A stretch of 64,000 nucleotides of DNA. It comes from an uncultured cyanobacterium (GTDB lineage Bacteria; Cyanobacteriota; Cyanobacteriia; PCC-9006; JAAUQQ01). Where the stretch lies: the NCBI GenBank assembly GCA_963718615.1, contig OY970368.1, positions 5,664,001 through 5,728,000 on the forward strand, written 5' to 3'. Every line of letters starts with the position of its first letter. Position 1 is the first letter of the stretch. Shown one piece after another: positions 8,804 to 18,436 of this stretch. A model generated the notes under the pieces. It was not told where the DNA came from. It did not search any database and worked only from the letters and a program-made list of their open reading frames with translations. A program made the translations under genes and the position numbers.

Positions 8804-10420
8804 TTACTCTTCTTCGCTGAGATCATCGTCGAGGTCGTCAGCCTCCAGATCAGATGCATCTCCATCAAACATAGATGCCTCGTCAAATAAAGCGTCTAGC
8901 TCTTCCTGGGCACGGGAAAGCTCATGGCTCGACAGGCGTTCCCTCGCCGCATTGCTAACGGCCAAGGTTTGTTGCTGGCCTTCACCCTTTTCCGTAGCGG
9001 TGACCGTGAGAATACCGTTGAGATCAAAATCAAAGTGGACTTCAACTTGTAAATCTCCCGCCGGTTTCTGGGGTAAATCTTCGACCTTAAAAGAACCGAG
9101 GGGGACGTTTTCGCGGGCGATCGCATTCTCCCCCTGATAAATTCGAATCTCCACCGTATCTTGGTTATCCACCATCGTTGAATAAACCTCAGATCGGGAG
9201 GTCGGAATCACGCTATTGCGCGGAATAATCGTACTGAAATAATCCGGAATGAATCCCATAGGCGTGTCGATCGCCGCCGAAATCCCGAGGGAATGGGGCA
9301 CCACATCCACCAGAATCGCATCCACCTCAGCACCGGTCAGCACACCGGCTTGCAAGGCCGCCCCCATCGCGACACAGAGATCTGGCTGAATCGTATCCAG
9401 CGGTGCTTGGCCCAAATGATGCTCCACCATTTTGTGCACCAAGGGAATTCGGGTAGAGCCTCCCACTAAAATAATGCGATCGAGGTCTGTTGGCTTCAGG
9501 TTCGCATCTTCGAGGGCTCGGTCGATCGCCTCTAGGGTTTCCTGCAGCAGCGGTTCAATTAATTTCTCAAATTGCTCCCGCGCCAACTCCAGTTCTAAAT
9601 GCAACGCTTTTTTACCCTTGCGGCTGAGAAAGGGAACGCGAACCGTTGTAAAGGCATTAGTACTGAGCTCTAGCTTGGCCTGTTCAGCGGCCTGGGTCAG
9701 TCGGGCCAAAGTAAGGGCATCTTCGGGCACTTCGGCCCCCTGAATCTCGTGAAATTGTTCGGCAAAATACAGCCGCAGCCGCTGGTCAAAATCGTCACCC
9801 CCGAGGCGATTATTACCATGGCTCGCCAGGACCTCTGTGACCTCGCCCGTAATTTCGACAATGGACACATCAAAGGTTCCCCCGCCTAGGTCATAGACCA
9901 AAACCTGTTCGGTTTCTTCGGTGCGGAGATCGTAGGTCAAGGCCGCAGCGGTAGGTTCATTGAGAATTTGTAGAACTTCCAGCCCCGCAATTTCACCAGC
10001 TTCCTTGGTCGCCTGACGTTGGGCATCGGTGAAGTAGGCCGGGACCGTAATCACGGCTTGGCTGACGGGTTCGCCGAGGGCCGTCTCCGCTCGCTGTTTG
10101 AGGGTGCGCAAAATCATCGCCGAGATTTCCTGGGGACGGTAGGCGCGATTGGTTTCGGTTTCAGCCTCAGGAAGCTGAAAAACGGTTGTGTGGTCGGTGC
10201 CCATGTGTCGCTTAATCGAACGGACCGTGCGTTCTGGGGCCGCAGCGTATTGACGCAGGGCTTCACGACCCACGATGAGCTTGCCGTCTGGACTAAATCC
10301 CACGCAGGAGGGCAGCATCAGGTCGCCAATTTCATCGGGGAGAACGTAGGGCTGACCGTCTTTGAGAAGAGCAACTTCTGAGTTCGTGGTTCCGAGGTCG
10401 ATACCGATGGCTTGGGACAT
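8804..10420 (-). CDS. Hsp70-family protein (non-canonical DnaK paralogue, lid truncated)
   Basis: [45 protein letters not shown]; SBD-beta present; only 538 aa with acidic tail. Confidence 0.95.
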   Translation of the reverse strand: MSQAIGIDLGTTNSEVALLKDGQPYVLPDEIGDLMLPSCVGFSPDGKLIVGREALRQYAAAPERTVRSIKRHMGTDHTTVFQLPEAETETNRAYRPQEISAMILRTLKQRAETALGEPVSQAVITVPAYFTDAQRQATKEAGEIAGLEVLQILNEPTAAALTYDLRTEETEQVLVYDLGGGTFDVSIVEITGEVTEVLASHGNNRLGGDDFDQRLRLYFAEQFHEIQGAEVPEDALTLARLTQAAEQAKLELSTNAFTTVRVPFLSRKGKKALHLELELAREQFEKLIEPLLQETLEAIDRALEDANLKPTDLDRIILVGGSTRIPLVHKMVEHHLGQAPLDTIQPDLCVAMGAALQAGVLTGAEVDAILVDVVPHSLGISAAIDTPMGFIPDYFSTIIPRNSVIPTSRSEVYSTMVDNQDTVEIRIYQGENAIARENVPLGSFKVEDLPQKPAGDLQVEVHFDFDLNGILTVTATEKGEGQQQTLAVSNAARERLSSHELSRAQEELDALFDEASMFDGDASDLEADDLDDDLSEEE

Positions 10421-10446
10421 GGCTGGAGTTGGGAGAGGGAGATACG

Positions 10447-10488
10447 AAAATACTAAAGCTACGGAAATACTAAAGCTACGGAAATACG
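10447..10488. repeat. 17-bp tandem repeat (AAATACTAAAGCTACGG, about 2.4 copies)
   Basis: Fills most of the grpE-hsp70 intergenic space. Confidence 0.85.
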
Positions 10489-10495
10489 AAGAGCT

Positions 10496-11122
10496 TTACT
10501 TGCTAGAAACAATGACTTGGGCTTCCCGGAGGATTTGGTTGCCTTGCTGATAACCGCGCACAATTTCTTCAAGCACAGTATTTTCGGGCAGGTCAGGCTT
10601 GGATTCGCGGCCAATGGCAAACATGCTTTTGGGGTCGAAGGGCTCGCCGAGGGCAGGAATGGGGGTAATTTGCTGTTGGCGGAGGGCATCGAGGAGCGAT
10701 CGCTGGATCAATTCAGCCCCCTCTCGTCCACTGGCAATGATCTCGGCAAGACTCTCGGATTCTGCCTGGGGGTCTATGGCTTGGTCTATAGCCTGGTCTA
10801 TGGCCTGTTTCTCCTCGCTCTCCGGGGATGAATCTTGAGGTGCTCCCACAATTCCTAGGGCTTGGGCGATCCAATCGAGAACGGTTTTGGCAGTTTGCTG
10901 GAAAGGATTGAGGGGGGTGGGTGATGGGGGAAGGGGAGGCGGGGGTTGGAGGGGCTCGGCTTCGGCGTCTTGCCAGTGGGCGCAGGCTTGATCGACGGCA
11001 TCCAGGACGGTGAGCAGATCTTGCAGGAGGCGATCGTGCTGTTTTTTGAGCTGGCTGTATTGTGGACTCGACGGAATGCCAGGGGAATTGCTCTCACTGG
11101 ATAGGGCTGGGGACATACTCAC
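10496..11122 (-). CDS. grpE: GrpE-like nucleotide exchange factor
   Basis: LLQDLLTVLDAVDQA; GEPFDPKSMFAI; TVLEEIVRGYQQGNQILREAQVIVS (GrpE C-terminal beta domain). Confidence 0.88.
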   Translation of the reverse strand: MSMSPALSSESNSPGIPSSPQYSQLKKQHDRLLQDLLTVLDAVDQACAHWQDAEAEPLQPPPPLPPSPTPLNPFQQTAKTVLDWIAQALGIVGAPQDSSPESEEKQAIDQAIDQAIDPQAESESLAEIIASGREGAELIQRSLLDALRQQQITPIPALGEPFDPKSMFAIGRESKPDLPENTVLEEIVRGYQQGNQILREAQVIVSSK

Positions 11123-11164
11123 AACTCTCAGAACAAATGCTAAACAGTAAAGACTAAAAAAATG

Positions 11165-11458
11165 CTAGAAACTTAGACGAATCAGGTCTTCAAGGCTCTG
11201 ATCGGCTTGGTCTATGATGTGCTGTTGCAGGGATTTGAGCAATTCGGGGTCTAGTTCGGGCTTCAGCGGGCGCGGCGCTAAAAAATCTTCGTATTGGCCT
11301 TGCTCCTGTTTGCGGAGGGTTTCGTAGGCGGCGCGCACGGCTTTGAACTCTTGGGGGTGGGAATGGGCCGGGAATTCTTTGAGCTTGGCGCGGTAGGCCG
11401 CTTTGATTTCTTCGAGTGTTGCAGTTGGGTCAAGACCAAGCGTTTCGTGGGGAGTCAT
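11165..11458 (-). CDS. Small J-domain protein lacking canonical HPD
   Basis: PHETLGL..TATLEEIKAAYRAKLKEFP...EFKAVRAAYETLR J-domain pattern. Confidence 0.85.
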   Translation of the reverse strand: MTPHETLGLDPTATLEEIKAAYRAKLKEFPAHSHPQEFKAVRAAYETLRKQEQGQYEDFLAPRPLKPELDPELLKSLQQHIIDQADQSLEDLIRLSF

Positions 11459-11470
11459 AGGGGCTCAGAG

Positions 11471-11511
11471 AGTTGGCAATTAAGAGTTGGCAATTAAAGG
11501 GTTGGCAATTT
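11471..11511. repeat. About 14-bp tandem repeat x3 (core GTTGGCAATT)
   Basis: agttggcaattaag agttggcaattaaa gggttggcaattt between the TPR and J genes. Confidence 0.8.
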
Positions 11512-14035
11512 AGCGTTTTTTGCGTTTATTCTTCGCCGAACGTCGAGCGCGAGGGGGAGGGCCAAAGAAGTTGAAGGGTAGATCATCCTCTTCATCCTCG
11601 TCATCCCCAAACAAAGCGGCGAATCCGGGAGGCATGTCTGCTTCATTCAGAAATTGTTGTTTGAGAAGTGGCAGCATCTGATCCAATTCCCGTTGAGAAA
11701 CATTGGGTAGCATATTACGGATCATGGCTTCCAACATGCGATCGAGACTCCTCGGATCAAAGGGGTTCAGTTGGCTAAAGTCTGGCATGAGAGCCGCTGT
11801 CTGCTGGTTTTCTGCAAACGCGTGCTCTTCGCGGAAGGCTTGGAGGGCTGCGGCATCCTGAAGGCGGCGAGCAATCTCAAAGCCCTGCTCTTTATAGGAC
11901 TCGTAGGCATCGCTGTGGAGCTTATAGGTGGTGGCTTTGGCCAAGAGCAGCATGGGATTTTGGGGCTCCTTGGCAAGGGCTTCATCCAGGAAAGGCATCA
12001 GGGCATTGGTTTGGGCAAACCAGCGGGCGTGCAGTTGAACCTGCGCTAGGGTGTTACCAGGGGTAGCCGCCCGTTTGAGTAAGCGGCTAATGCCGGGGCG
12101 AATTTGGGTTGGAGTTGTATTTTTAACCGCCAAGAGCGAGAGGTAGATTGATAGGGCTTCGGGCTGTTCACCTTCTAGGGCGAGGAGCTGGTCGAGATAT
12201 TGCTTGAGTAAGCCATCGCGACCCTTTTGACGTTTGCTAAAGAGCATGAGACAGAGGGCGATCGCCTGCAAAACCAAAGGCTGCTCTGGCGTTGCCCCCA
12301 CCTGAGCCAAATGCTTGTCCCAAAGCGCTGCGACCTGTTCTAAATCCACGTCCACCTTGCCGCTCTTACTGGGACGCCCGACCACCGCATCCACAAATAA
12401 GCGTTCTGCAACCTGGGCTGGATGCTTGGGATGATCGCCCCCATCCACTAATCCTTCAAAAATTGGATAGTTTTGGGTCGCTAAGGCTTCAATCCAGCGA
12501 TCGATCTCAACTTCCGAGTCTACGTCTAAATCTCCAAAGCGCTTGCCAAACCGCCGCCGAGCCTCCTTGTGGGCGGCTTTATCGCCTTTCTGTTCCAAGA
12601 GTTCTAGCAAAACACCGTAGCCCTCAGCATAGGTGCTGCCGCCTGCTAGTCCGGCGGTGAGAGAGGCGATCGCCTTCTCGTTTTGATCCTGCAAATAGGC
12701 CCGCAGCCCCTGCCGCACCTTGAGCTCGGGGTGATTGGGATCAAGCCGTTCCGCCTTGCTGAGTTCTTGGTTGATCGCCGCAGGGGGATTGCGCAGGCTG
12801 ATATAAAGATCGGCAGTACGGCAATGTAAACCGACCCGCGCTTGAATTCTCCGCTGCTCCGGCCAATCCTGGGGATGCTTAGGCGCTTCCTGGTCTAACC
12901 ACTGGGCGAGGCGCTTGAGGGTGGCAAGGGCAGTCTCATCATCGTCGTCGAGGGTTGCCGCATGGAAAAGGTTGACGTTCAGTGATACATCCAGCGGGGT
13001 TTCCTGGGCCATCTCCCGCCAAAATTCAATGGCGCAATCCGGGCGATCGTCATCCAGGGCCTGTTCGCCAGCTCGAAGGAACAGGGGGCGCACGAGGGAT
13101 TTGATCTCGGGATAGGTTTCCGGGTCCGGTTTAGCTTCTAAAAACAAATGGGCCGCGTCATGAGCGTTACCTGACTCTAGAACCTTCACAAAGTCGAGCA
13201 AGGCCAGGGGTAAAGACTGGTTTTGCTTGTTCTGCTCACCGAGATCAAACCAGAAGCCCGCCTTTTCATGACGATGCACTCGATTATTAAGCTGAAGCCA
13301 GGATAGAAGGGGATGATTCTCCAGCGTGGGTTGGTCTAGGGGGCGAGACGAGTGCTCCTTGGCTAGCGATCGCATCAATTCCCAAGCGGTATACCACTCG
13401 CCTTGCAACTGCTGTGCATAAACCTGCCAAGCTTTACTGAGATCTCCAGGGGTTGCCGGATCCTTGACCTTGCGAAAATGCGTCAAAGCTTCGGCGGGTT
13501 TTCGGGCTTGAAGCGCTAAAATGCCGCGAACCCAGTGCAGCTGAGTCGCATAAAACCGTTTGGATTGCTCTGCCATTAGCGTCTGCACCGTTTGTCCCTC
13601 GCCCAGGATCAGTAAAAGCTTGAGGTAGCAGCCCGCGTGAGTTTTGGGTAGCGTTTGGTCTTCAAAGGCAGCTTGAATGAAGGCTAAGGCTTCCCTGGGG
13701 CGATCCTGTTCCAGCAGACTTTTGGCTACCCAATAGTGAGCAGTCCCGCTGTAGGATTGGGCTTCGGCTTCTAGCCTCAACGCTTGACGGGCATGGATTT
13801 CGGCCTGCTGCGCTTGACCTTGTCGCAGCGCCTGTTGGGTTTGGGCAAGCAAAAGCTCAACTGCCGTCACACCAAAATCTAGTTCGGGATGGGTCTTTTG
13901 GGTTTTGTTGAGTAGCTCGATCGCTTGCAGATAGTTCTGGTCCTTCAGCAATTGCCGAAACTTTTCCTCAGGAGAGAGTTGGGTTGCCCGTCCCACGGTC
14001 TTAAAAAAACTAAAGCCTTTCTTCCGCTTGCCCAC
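11510..14035 (-). CDS. Large TPR/alpha-solenoid protein
   Basis: 841 aa, Ala/Leu-rich helical repeats (AHYWVAKSLLEQDRPREAL, KAERLDPNHPEL); co-oriented with J/GrpE/Hsp70. Confidence 0.8.
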   Translation of the reverse strand: MGKRKKGFSFFKTVGRATQLSPEEKFRQLLKDQNYLQAIELLNKTQKTHPELDFGVTAVELLLAQTQQALRQGQAQQAEIHARQALRLEAEAQSYSGTAHYWVAKSLLEQDRPREALAFIQAAFEDQTLPKTHAGCYLKLLLILGEGQTVQTLMAEQSKRFYATQLHWVRGILALQARKPAEALTHFRKVKDPATPGDLSKAWQVYAQQLQGEWYTAWELMRSLAKEHSSRPLDQPTLENHPLLSWLQLNNRVHRHEKAGFWFDLGEQNKQNQSLPLALLDFVKVLESGNAHDAAHLFLEAKPDPETYPEIKSLVRPLFLRAGEQALDDDRPDCAIEFWREMAQETPLDVSLNVNLFHAATLDDDDETALATLKRLAQWLDQEAPKHPQDWPEQRRIQARVGLHCRTADLYISLRNPPAAINQELSKAERLDPNHPELKVRQGLRAYLQDQNEKAIASLTAGLAGGSTYAEGYGVLLELLEQKGDKAAHKEARRRFGKRFGDLDVDSEVEIDRWIEALATQNYPIFEGLVDGGDHPKHPAQVAERLFVDAVVGRPSKSGKVDVDLEQVAALWDKHLAQVGATPEQPLVLQAIALCLMLFSKRQKGRDGLLKQYLDQLLALEGEQPEALSIYLSLLAVKNTTPTQIRPGISRLLKRAATPGNTLAQVQLHARWFAQTNALMPFLDEALAKEPQNPMLLLAKATTYKLHSDAYESYKEQGFEIARRLQDAAALQAFREEHAFAENQQTAALMPDFSQLNPFDPRSLDRMLEAMIRNMLPNVSQRELDQMLPLLKQQFLNEADMPPGFAALFGDDEDEEDDLPFNFFGPPPRARRSAKNKRKKR

Positions 14036-14143
14036 AGTGCCTCCCCCATTGAGTTAACGCTAGATCCACTTTATCAAGTTCCGAGAAGCCAGCGCTCCAC
14101 CCGTAATAAACTGCGAGGGGTCGGATTATGTCTTTTTTTCTGC

Positions 14144-14737
14144 ATGATGCAACAACGTCTTTTCGTAATTCTGATTCTCTTTCTACCGGCCTTGGGGGCG
14201 ATCGCCGGACAATCTGTTGCAACTCACTCAATGGCAACAGAGTCCATGCCTACGGGGACAGCTTACCTTGCGATCGCTCTCATCCTCCTAGGTCTTGACC
14301 AAGCCCGCATGGCGATCGTCGATTTACAGCAAATTGATCAGGTTCAACACATCCCAGACTTCACCGCAGATCCAAGCTTGCAGCGGTTTCGCTGGGTCAC
14401 ATTGAGTACCATCGGGATTGAGCTAGCAGGGTTTTATGGGGCGATAGGGGAGTTGGGGTGGGGGGCGATTGTGATCTTGCTGAGCCAACTTTGGTTTCAT
14501 GGTTTGGCGGGGATTCAGCTGCGACCGGGGGAGGAGAGGGCGATCGTTCCCTTTGGTCTGCGTCCCCGCTTGCCTGTGCTGATTGCCGATGGGGTAGGCA
14601 TTGGTCTGATTATCCTGTGGATGCAGAACATTGCACCGCTGGCGATGGCGTTGGGGCTGTTGGGGATGGTGTTAGCCTATGGTTTGGTGAAAATGGCCCA
14701 ATCGGCATCTTTCATGCTCGCACTCGTACGTAAATAA
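14144..14737 (+). CDS. Hypothetical membrane protein
   Basis: About 6 hydrophobic segments; ATG at 14144 chosen to avoid overlapping the divergent TPR gene. Confidence 0.7.
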   Translation: MMQQRLFVILILFLPALGAIAGQSVATHSMATESMPTGTAYLAIALILLGLDQARMAIVDLQQIDQVQHIPDFTADPSLQRFRWVTLSTIGIELAGFYGAIGELGWGAIVILLSQLWFHGLAGIQLRPGEERAIVPFGLRPRLPVLIADGVGIGLIILWMQNIAPLAMALGLLGMVLAYGLVKMAQSASFMLALVRK

Positions 14738-15025
14738 TCCCCGCCCAATCATTTTTGATCCTGTGATCGAGCAACCTCATTTGCATGCATGCTTATCTCA
14801 GTAGTTGGAGGGAGCTAGTCAGTTTCTCTCTTGTCAATTTTTTATGATCGGTTACCATAGGCAGACTAACCAGCGAGCAATAAACCGGCAACATTGAGCA
14901 ACAAAAGAGCGTTAGGGGCTGACGACGAGGTATATTCTAGGCATGATGCTATGTTTGCCGAAATAATGGCTTTGGTGTTGGGTGCGATCGCCTGCCTCGT
15001 GTAAACTCTGTCGCATGTTTTTTCT

Positions 15026-16636
15026 GTGATGAATAGTCTTTATAGTCGCTTCAAGCGTTGTGGCCCCAAACTTTGCTGGGCTCTTCCCGCGATCGCCCTC
15101 GGCTTTTTGGGAAGCCGTGCCCAGGCTGCTGATTTTGCCTTAAATACCGACGACCCGGTGCTCCTGTGGAATAACGCTACGCTCCATGCGATTAGCCTTA
15201 CCAGCCCTGGACCCACCCCGGGTTCCCGTGCTCTAGGTATCGTGGCGACGAGTATGTACGATGCCTGGGCTGCCTATGACGAGAGGGCGATTGGTACCCT
15301 CCTTGGCGACTCGCTCCAGGTCTCTACGAACCAGATTAACGGAGCCAATAAACAGGAAGCCATTAGCTATGCGGCCTATCGGGCTTTGACAGATCTGTTT
15401 CCCAACCAAGCTGGGTTGTTTGACCAACTCATGGGAGATTTGGGCTATGACCCTCAGTTTACGGGCACAGACCCGACCTCTGCGGCGGGTATCGGCAACT
15501 ATGTGAGCCAGCAGTTGCTTAACGTGCGACATAACGATGGCTCGAATCAACTGAATGGCTATATCGATACCAGTGGCTATCAACCGGTCAATACTTGGAA
15601 CCAAGTCCAAGACCCCAACGCTTGGCAGCCACTGAGCGTGAATCAAGGACAGACGGTACAGCAGTTTTTGACGCCCCATTGGGGAGAGGTAACACCCTTT
15701 GCTCTAGAATCCGGCGATCAGTTTTTACCGCCTCCGCCGGAGCCATTTCTCGATGCTCAAGGCGCTTTGAACCCAGCCTATATAGCCCAGGCGTTGCAAG
15801 TGCTGGAATATAGCGCTGAGCTCACAGACCGGGAAAAAGTCATCGCGGAATACTGGGCCGATGGTCCGGACTCGGTTTTGCCACCGGGCCATTGGCAGTT
15901 GTTTGGGCAATATATTTCGATGCGAGACCAACTGTCGTTGGATGATAATGTTCAGCTTTTCTTTGCCCTGGGCAATGCGGTGTTTGATTCCGGAATTGCT
16001 GCCTGGGATGCCAAGGTGGTCTACGACTATGTGCGACCGATTACGGCGATTCGCTACTTGGCTGAAAATAATTTGCTCCCTCTGGATCATCCCGATGTGC
16101 GGTTGAATGCAGCAGGTCAAACGGAAATTTACGCCTGGGCAGGACCTGACCAAGGGTCCCAGTGGATTTTGGGCAGCGATTGGTTGCCCTACCAAAACAT
16201 CACGTTTGTTACGCCGCCCTTTGCAGAGTATGTGTCGGGACACAGTACTTACAGCGCAGCGGGGGCGGAAATTTTGCGGCGCTTCACCGGCAGCGATGCC
16301 TTTGGTCTTTGCCACACCGAAGCGGCAAATAGTTCAACCTTTGAAGCCCACACCCCCGACGAGCCGGTTGATTTGTGCTGGGATACGTTCACGGCAGCGG
16401 CAGATGAGGCAGGTATTTCGCGGCTCTATGGCGGGATCCATTTTGCCGACGGGGATTTGAACGGTCGTGCCCTGGGTCGTCAGGTGGGAGCGGCGGTGTG
16501 GGAAAAAACTCAGTTTTATATCCAGGGTGGACAGACGACGAAGGTTCCGGAACCGGCTACGATTTTGGGGATGGTGGTGATCGCTTGGGGGATGACGATG
16601 ACCCGCCGCAAGCCCCGTATCCCTCTGACTGATTGA
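15026..16636 (+). CDS. Vanadium-dependent haloperoxidase/PAP2-superfamily protein with PEP-CTERM anchor
   Basis: Signal peptide ending AQA; WDAKVVYDYVRP, PPFAEYVSGHS, SRLYGGIHF vanadate motifs; C-terminal VPEP + TM + RRK. Confidence 0.88.
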   Translation: MMNSLYSRFKRCGPKLCWALPAIALGFLGSRAQAADFALNTDDPVLLWNNATLHAISLTSPGPTPGSRALGIVATSMYDAWAAYDERAIGTLLGDSLQVSTNQINGANKQEAISYAAYRALTDLFPNQAGLFDQLMGDLGYDPQFTGTDPTSAAGIGNYVSQQLLNVRHNDGSNQLNGYIDTSGYQPVNTWNQVQDPNAWQPLSVNQGQTVQQFLTPHWGEVTPFALESGDQFLPPPPEPFLDAQGALNPAYIAQALQVLEYSAELTDREKVIAEYWADGPDSVLPPGHWQLFGQYISMRDQLSLDDNVQLFFALGNAVFDSGIAAWDAKVVYDYVRPITAIRYLAENNLLPLDHPDVRLNAAGQTEIYAWAGPDQGSQWILGSDWLPYQNITFVTPPFAEYVSGHSTYSAAGAEILRRFTGSDAFGLCHTEAANSSTFEAHTPDEPVDLCWDTFTAAADEAGISRLYGGIHFADGDLNGRALGRQVGAAVWEKTQFYIQGGQTTKVPEPATILGMVVIAWGMTMTRRKPRIPLTD

Positions 16637-16669
16637 TCTGCTGAACTATGAACTGTGATCTGAACCCTC

Positions 16670-17338
16670 ATGTTTGAGTCAGAAATGCTTGATCTAGAAC
16701 TGTTTGAGTCAGAAATTTTACTCCATCGCGTGTTTTGTGATGGGTTACCGGCGATCGCCCCCGCCGCCTATCTATTTGGCCAAACCCCAGACAACGAGGA
16801 ATCGGTTTTCGGGAAAGCTGAGGAGCTGATCCAAGACCATCGTGTTGAGCGAATTCTGATTCCAGGTACAGGTCCCATGAGCGGTTATCCCGGCATGGCG
16901 GTTTGGCAAGCCCGTTTGGGCCAACGGATTTCGCCCCGCCAAATTGAGCCGGTGCCCACGCCTCCGACGGATATGCTCAACACATTGAATGAGGCGGAAG
17001 CCGTGGTTCGCCATGCCAAAGCCCAGGGGTATGAATCGCTGTTGGTGGTTGCTGCACCGTTTCACCAGCAGCGAGCTTTGATGACGACGGTGAGTGTGGT
17101 CTTAAAAGAACATCCAACCTTACGGGTTTATAGTGCGCCTGGTCATCCTTTGGATTGGCAAGAAACGGTTGTTCATTCCCAGGGAACGGTGCAGGCAACG
17201 CGATTGGATTTGATCGCGGGAGAGTTGGAACGGATTGAGAAGTATGGAAGAAAGGGGGATTTGTTGGGGCGATCGCAAGTCTTGCAGTATTTGCAGGAAC
17301 GCGATCGCCCATCTCGCTCTATTCCCCATCTAGGCTAA
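16670..17338 (+). CDS. YdcF/DUF218-like protein
   Basis: NTLNEAEAVV..., LLVVAAPFHQQRAL pattern typical of DUF218. Confidence 0.7.
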   Translation: MFESEMLDLELFESEILLHRVFCDGLPAIAPAAYLFGQTPDNEESVFGKAEELIQDHRVERILIPGTGPMSGYPGMAVWQARLGQRISPRQIEPVPTPPTDMLNTLNEAEAVVRHAKAQGYESLLVVAAPFHQQRALMTTVSVVLKEHPTLRVYSAPGHPLDWQETVVHSQGTVQATRLDLIAGELERIEKYGRKGDLLGRSQVLQYLQERDRPSRSIPHLG

Positions 17339-18436
17339 AACCTTAACCCCAGGCTTCGCATATCCCCAGCGATTAATGGTAAATTTCCAATTGTCATAAA
17401 TTCGTTCAATCATCTCCGGCGTTGCGGTGTAGTGATTGGGACGATAGCTAGCCTGCTGTTCAATATAATTCTGAAAGATAGGAGCGGCTTGATCAAAACC
17501 AGGGAGTTCAAGCTGGCGATAAAGACGTGCAACTTCATCAAAGGGGCGATCCACCAAGTCTTCGTAGCGGATTTCAACGAGATTTCCCTGGGGAACGAGA
17601 TCGCGGTGAACGAAGAAACTTTCCATCAGATAGCGATAGAGCGCAAAAATATCATCCTCTAGTTGCTGATCCTCAAAATGATTGAATGCAAACTTAGACG
17701 TCTTTCTATACAAATTCCGAGTTGAGAAAAAGACATCGTAGGGATTCCGATAAATGTGGATAAATTTAGCATTGGGAAACATAGAAATTAGCTCAGAAAT
17801 TCTTGCAGTATTCGGAGGATTTTTGAGCAATAGCTGTTTTCTTCCTGTGTCTAGATAGGCTCGCTTAATGATCTTTAAATAATCTGCTTTCCAAGCTTGC
17901 TTTTCTTCCAGATTGAGGTTTTCGAGACAAGTGCCCTGATCAAAAATTTCTCGCAGCCTTTTAGGAAAATAAAGACAATGATAAAATGAATGGTTGGAAA
18001 TGCCTGCCAACGGAAAATCCTCTTCCTGGGGCGCATCCTGGGAAAACGCGACGTTATCTTGGGGACGGGTTTTAGGAAGACTTTTTTCCAGCAAGATTCG
18101 CATGAGTGGGCGCTCTGCTGCATAGATTTCCGGCGCGATCGACTGCAATAAAGACACAGAGCCAAAGTTTGGATCTTGACTCATCAAATTATGGAGATAG
18201 GTCGTTCCGCTGCGCCAGTGACCAATAATAAAAACGGGAGGCTGATGAATCTGAATAGAACGCAGCTTGCGGTTTAGACTTCTGCGTTCTAGCAACCGAA
18301 TAGGAGATGAGGCTAAACTCAATCCCAACGTCAAGGCTGCCATGGGCAACTTGTGACGATCGACCCCATATTTCAGAAATAGCTGAATTAAATTTGAAGA
18401 GGAAGTTGTGGATAAGGGGTGTATTGTGAGTGGCAT
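17330..18436 (-). CDS. Sulfotransferase (Sulfotransfer_3-like)
   Basis: PVFIIGHWRSGTTYLHNL; LKNPPNTARI; FIHIYRNPYDV; EIRYEDLV. Confidence 0.9.
   Translation of the reverse strand: MPLTIHPLSTTSSSNLIQLFLKYGVDRHKLPMAALTLGLSLASSPIRLLERRSLNRKLRSIQIHQPPVFIIGHWRSGTTYLHNLMSQDPNFGSVSLLQSIAPEIYAAERPLMRILLEKSLPKTRPQDNVAFSQDAPQEEDFPLAGISNHSFYHCLYFPKRLREIFDQGTCLENLNLEEKQAWKADYLKIIKRAYLDTGRKQLLLKNPPNTARISELISMFPNAKFIHIYRNPYDVFFSTRNLYRKTSKFAFNHFEDQQLEDDIFALYRYLMESFFVHRDLVPQGNLVEIRYEDLVDRPFDEVARLYRQLELPGFDQAAPIFQNYIEQQASYRPNHYTATPEMIERIYDNWKFTINRWGYAKPGVKVLA

Noticed and set aside
13925-14143. N-terminal extension of the 13925-14737 ORF
   Set aside because: Overlaps the divergent TPR gene; ATG 14144 gives a clean membrane protein
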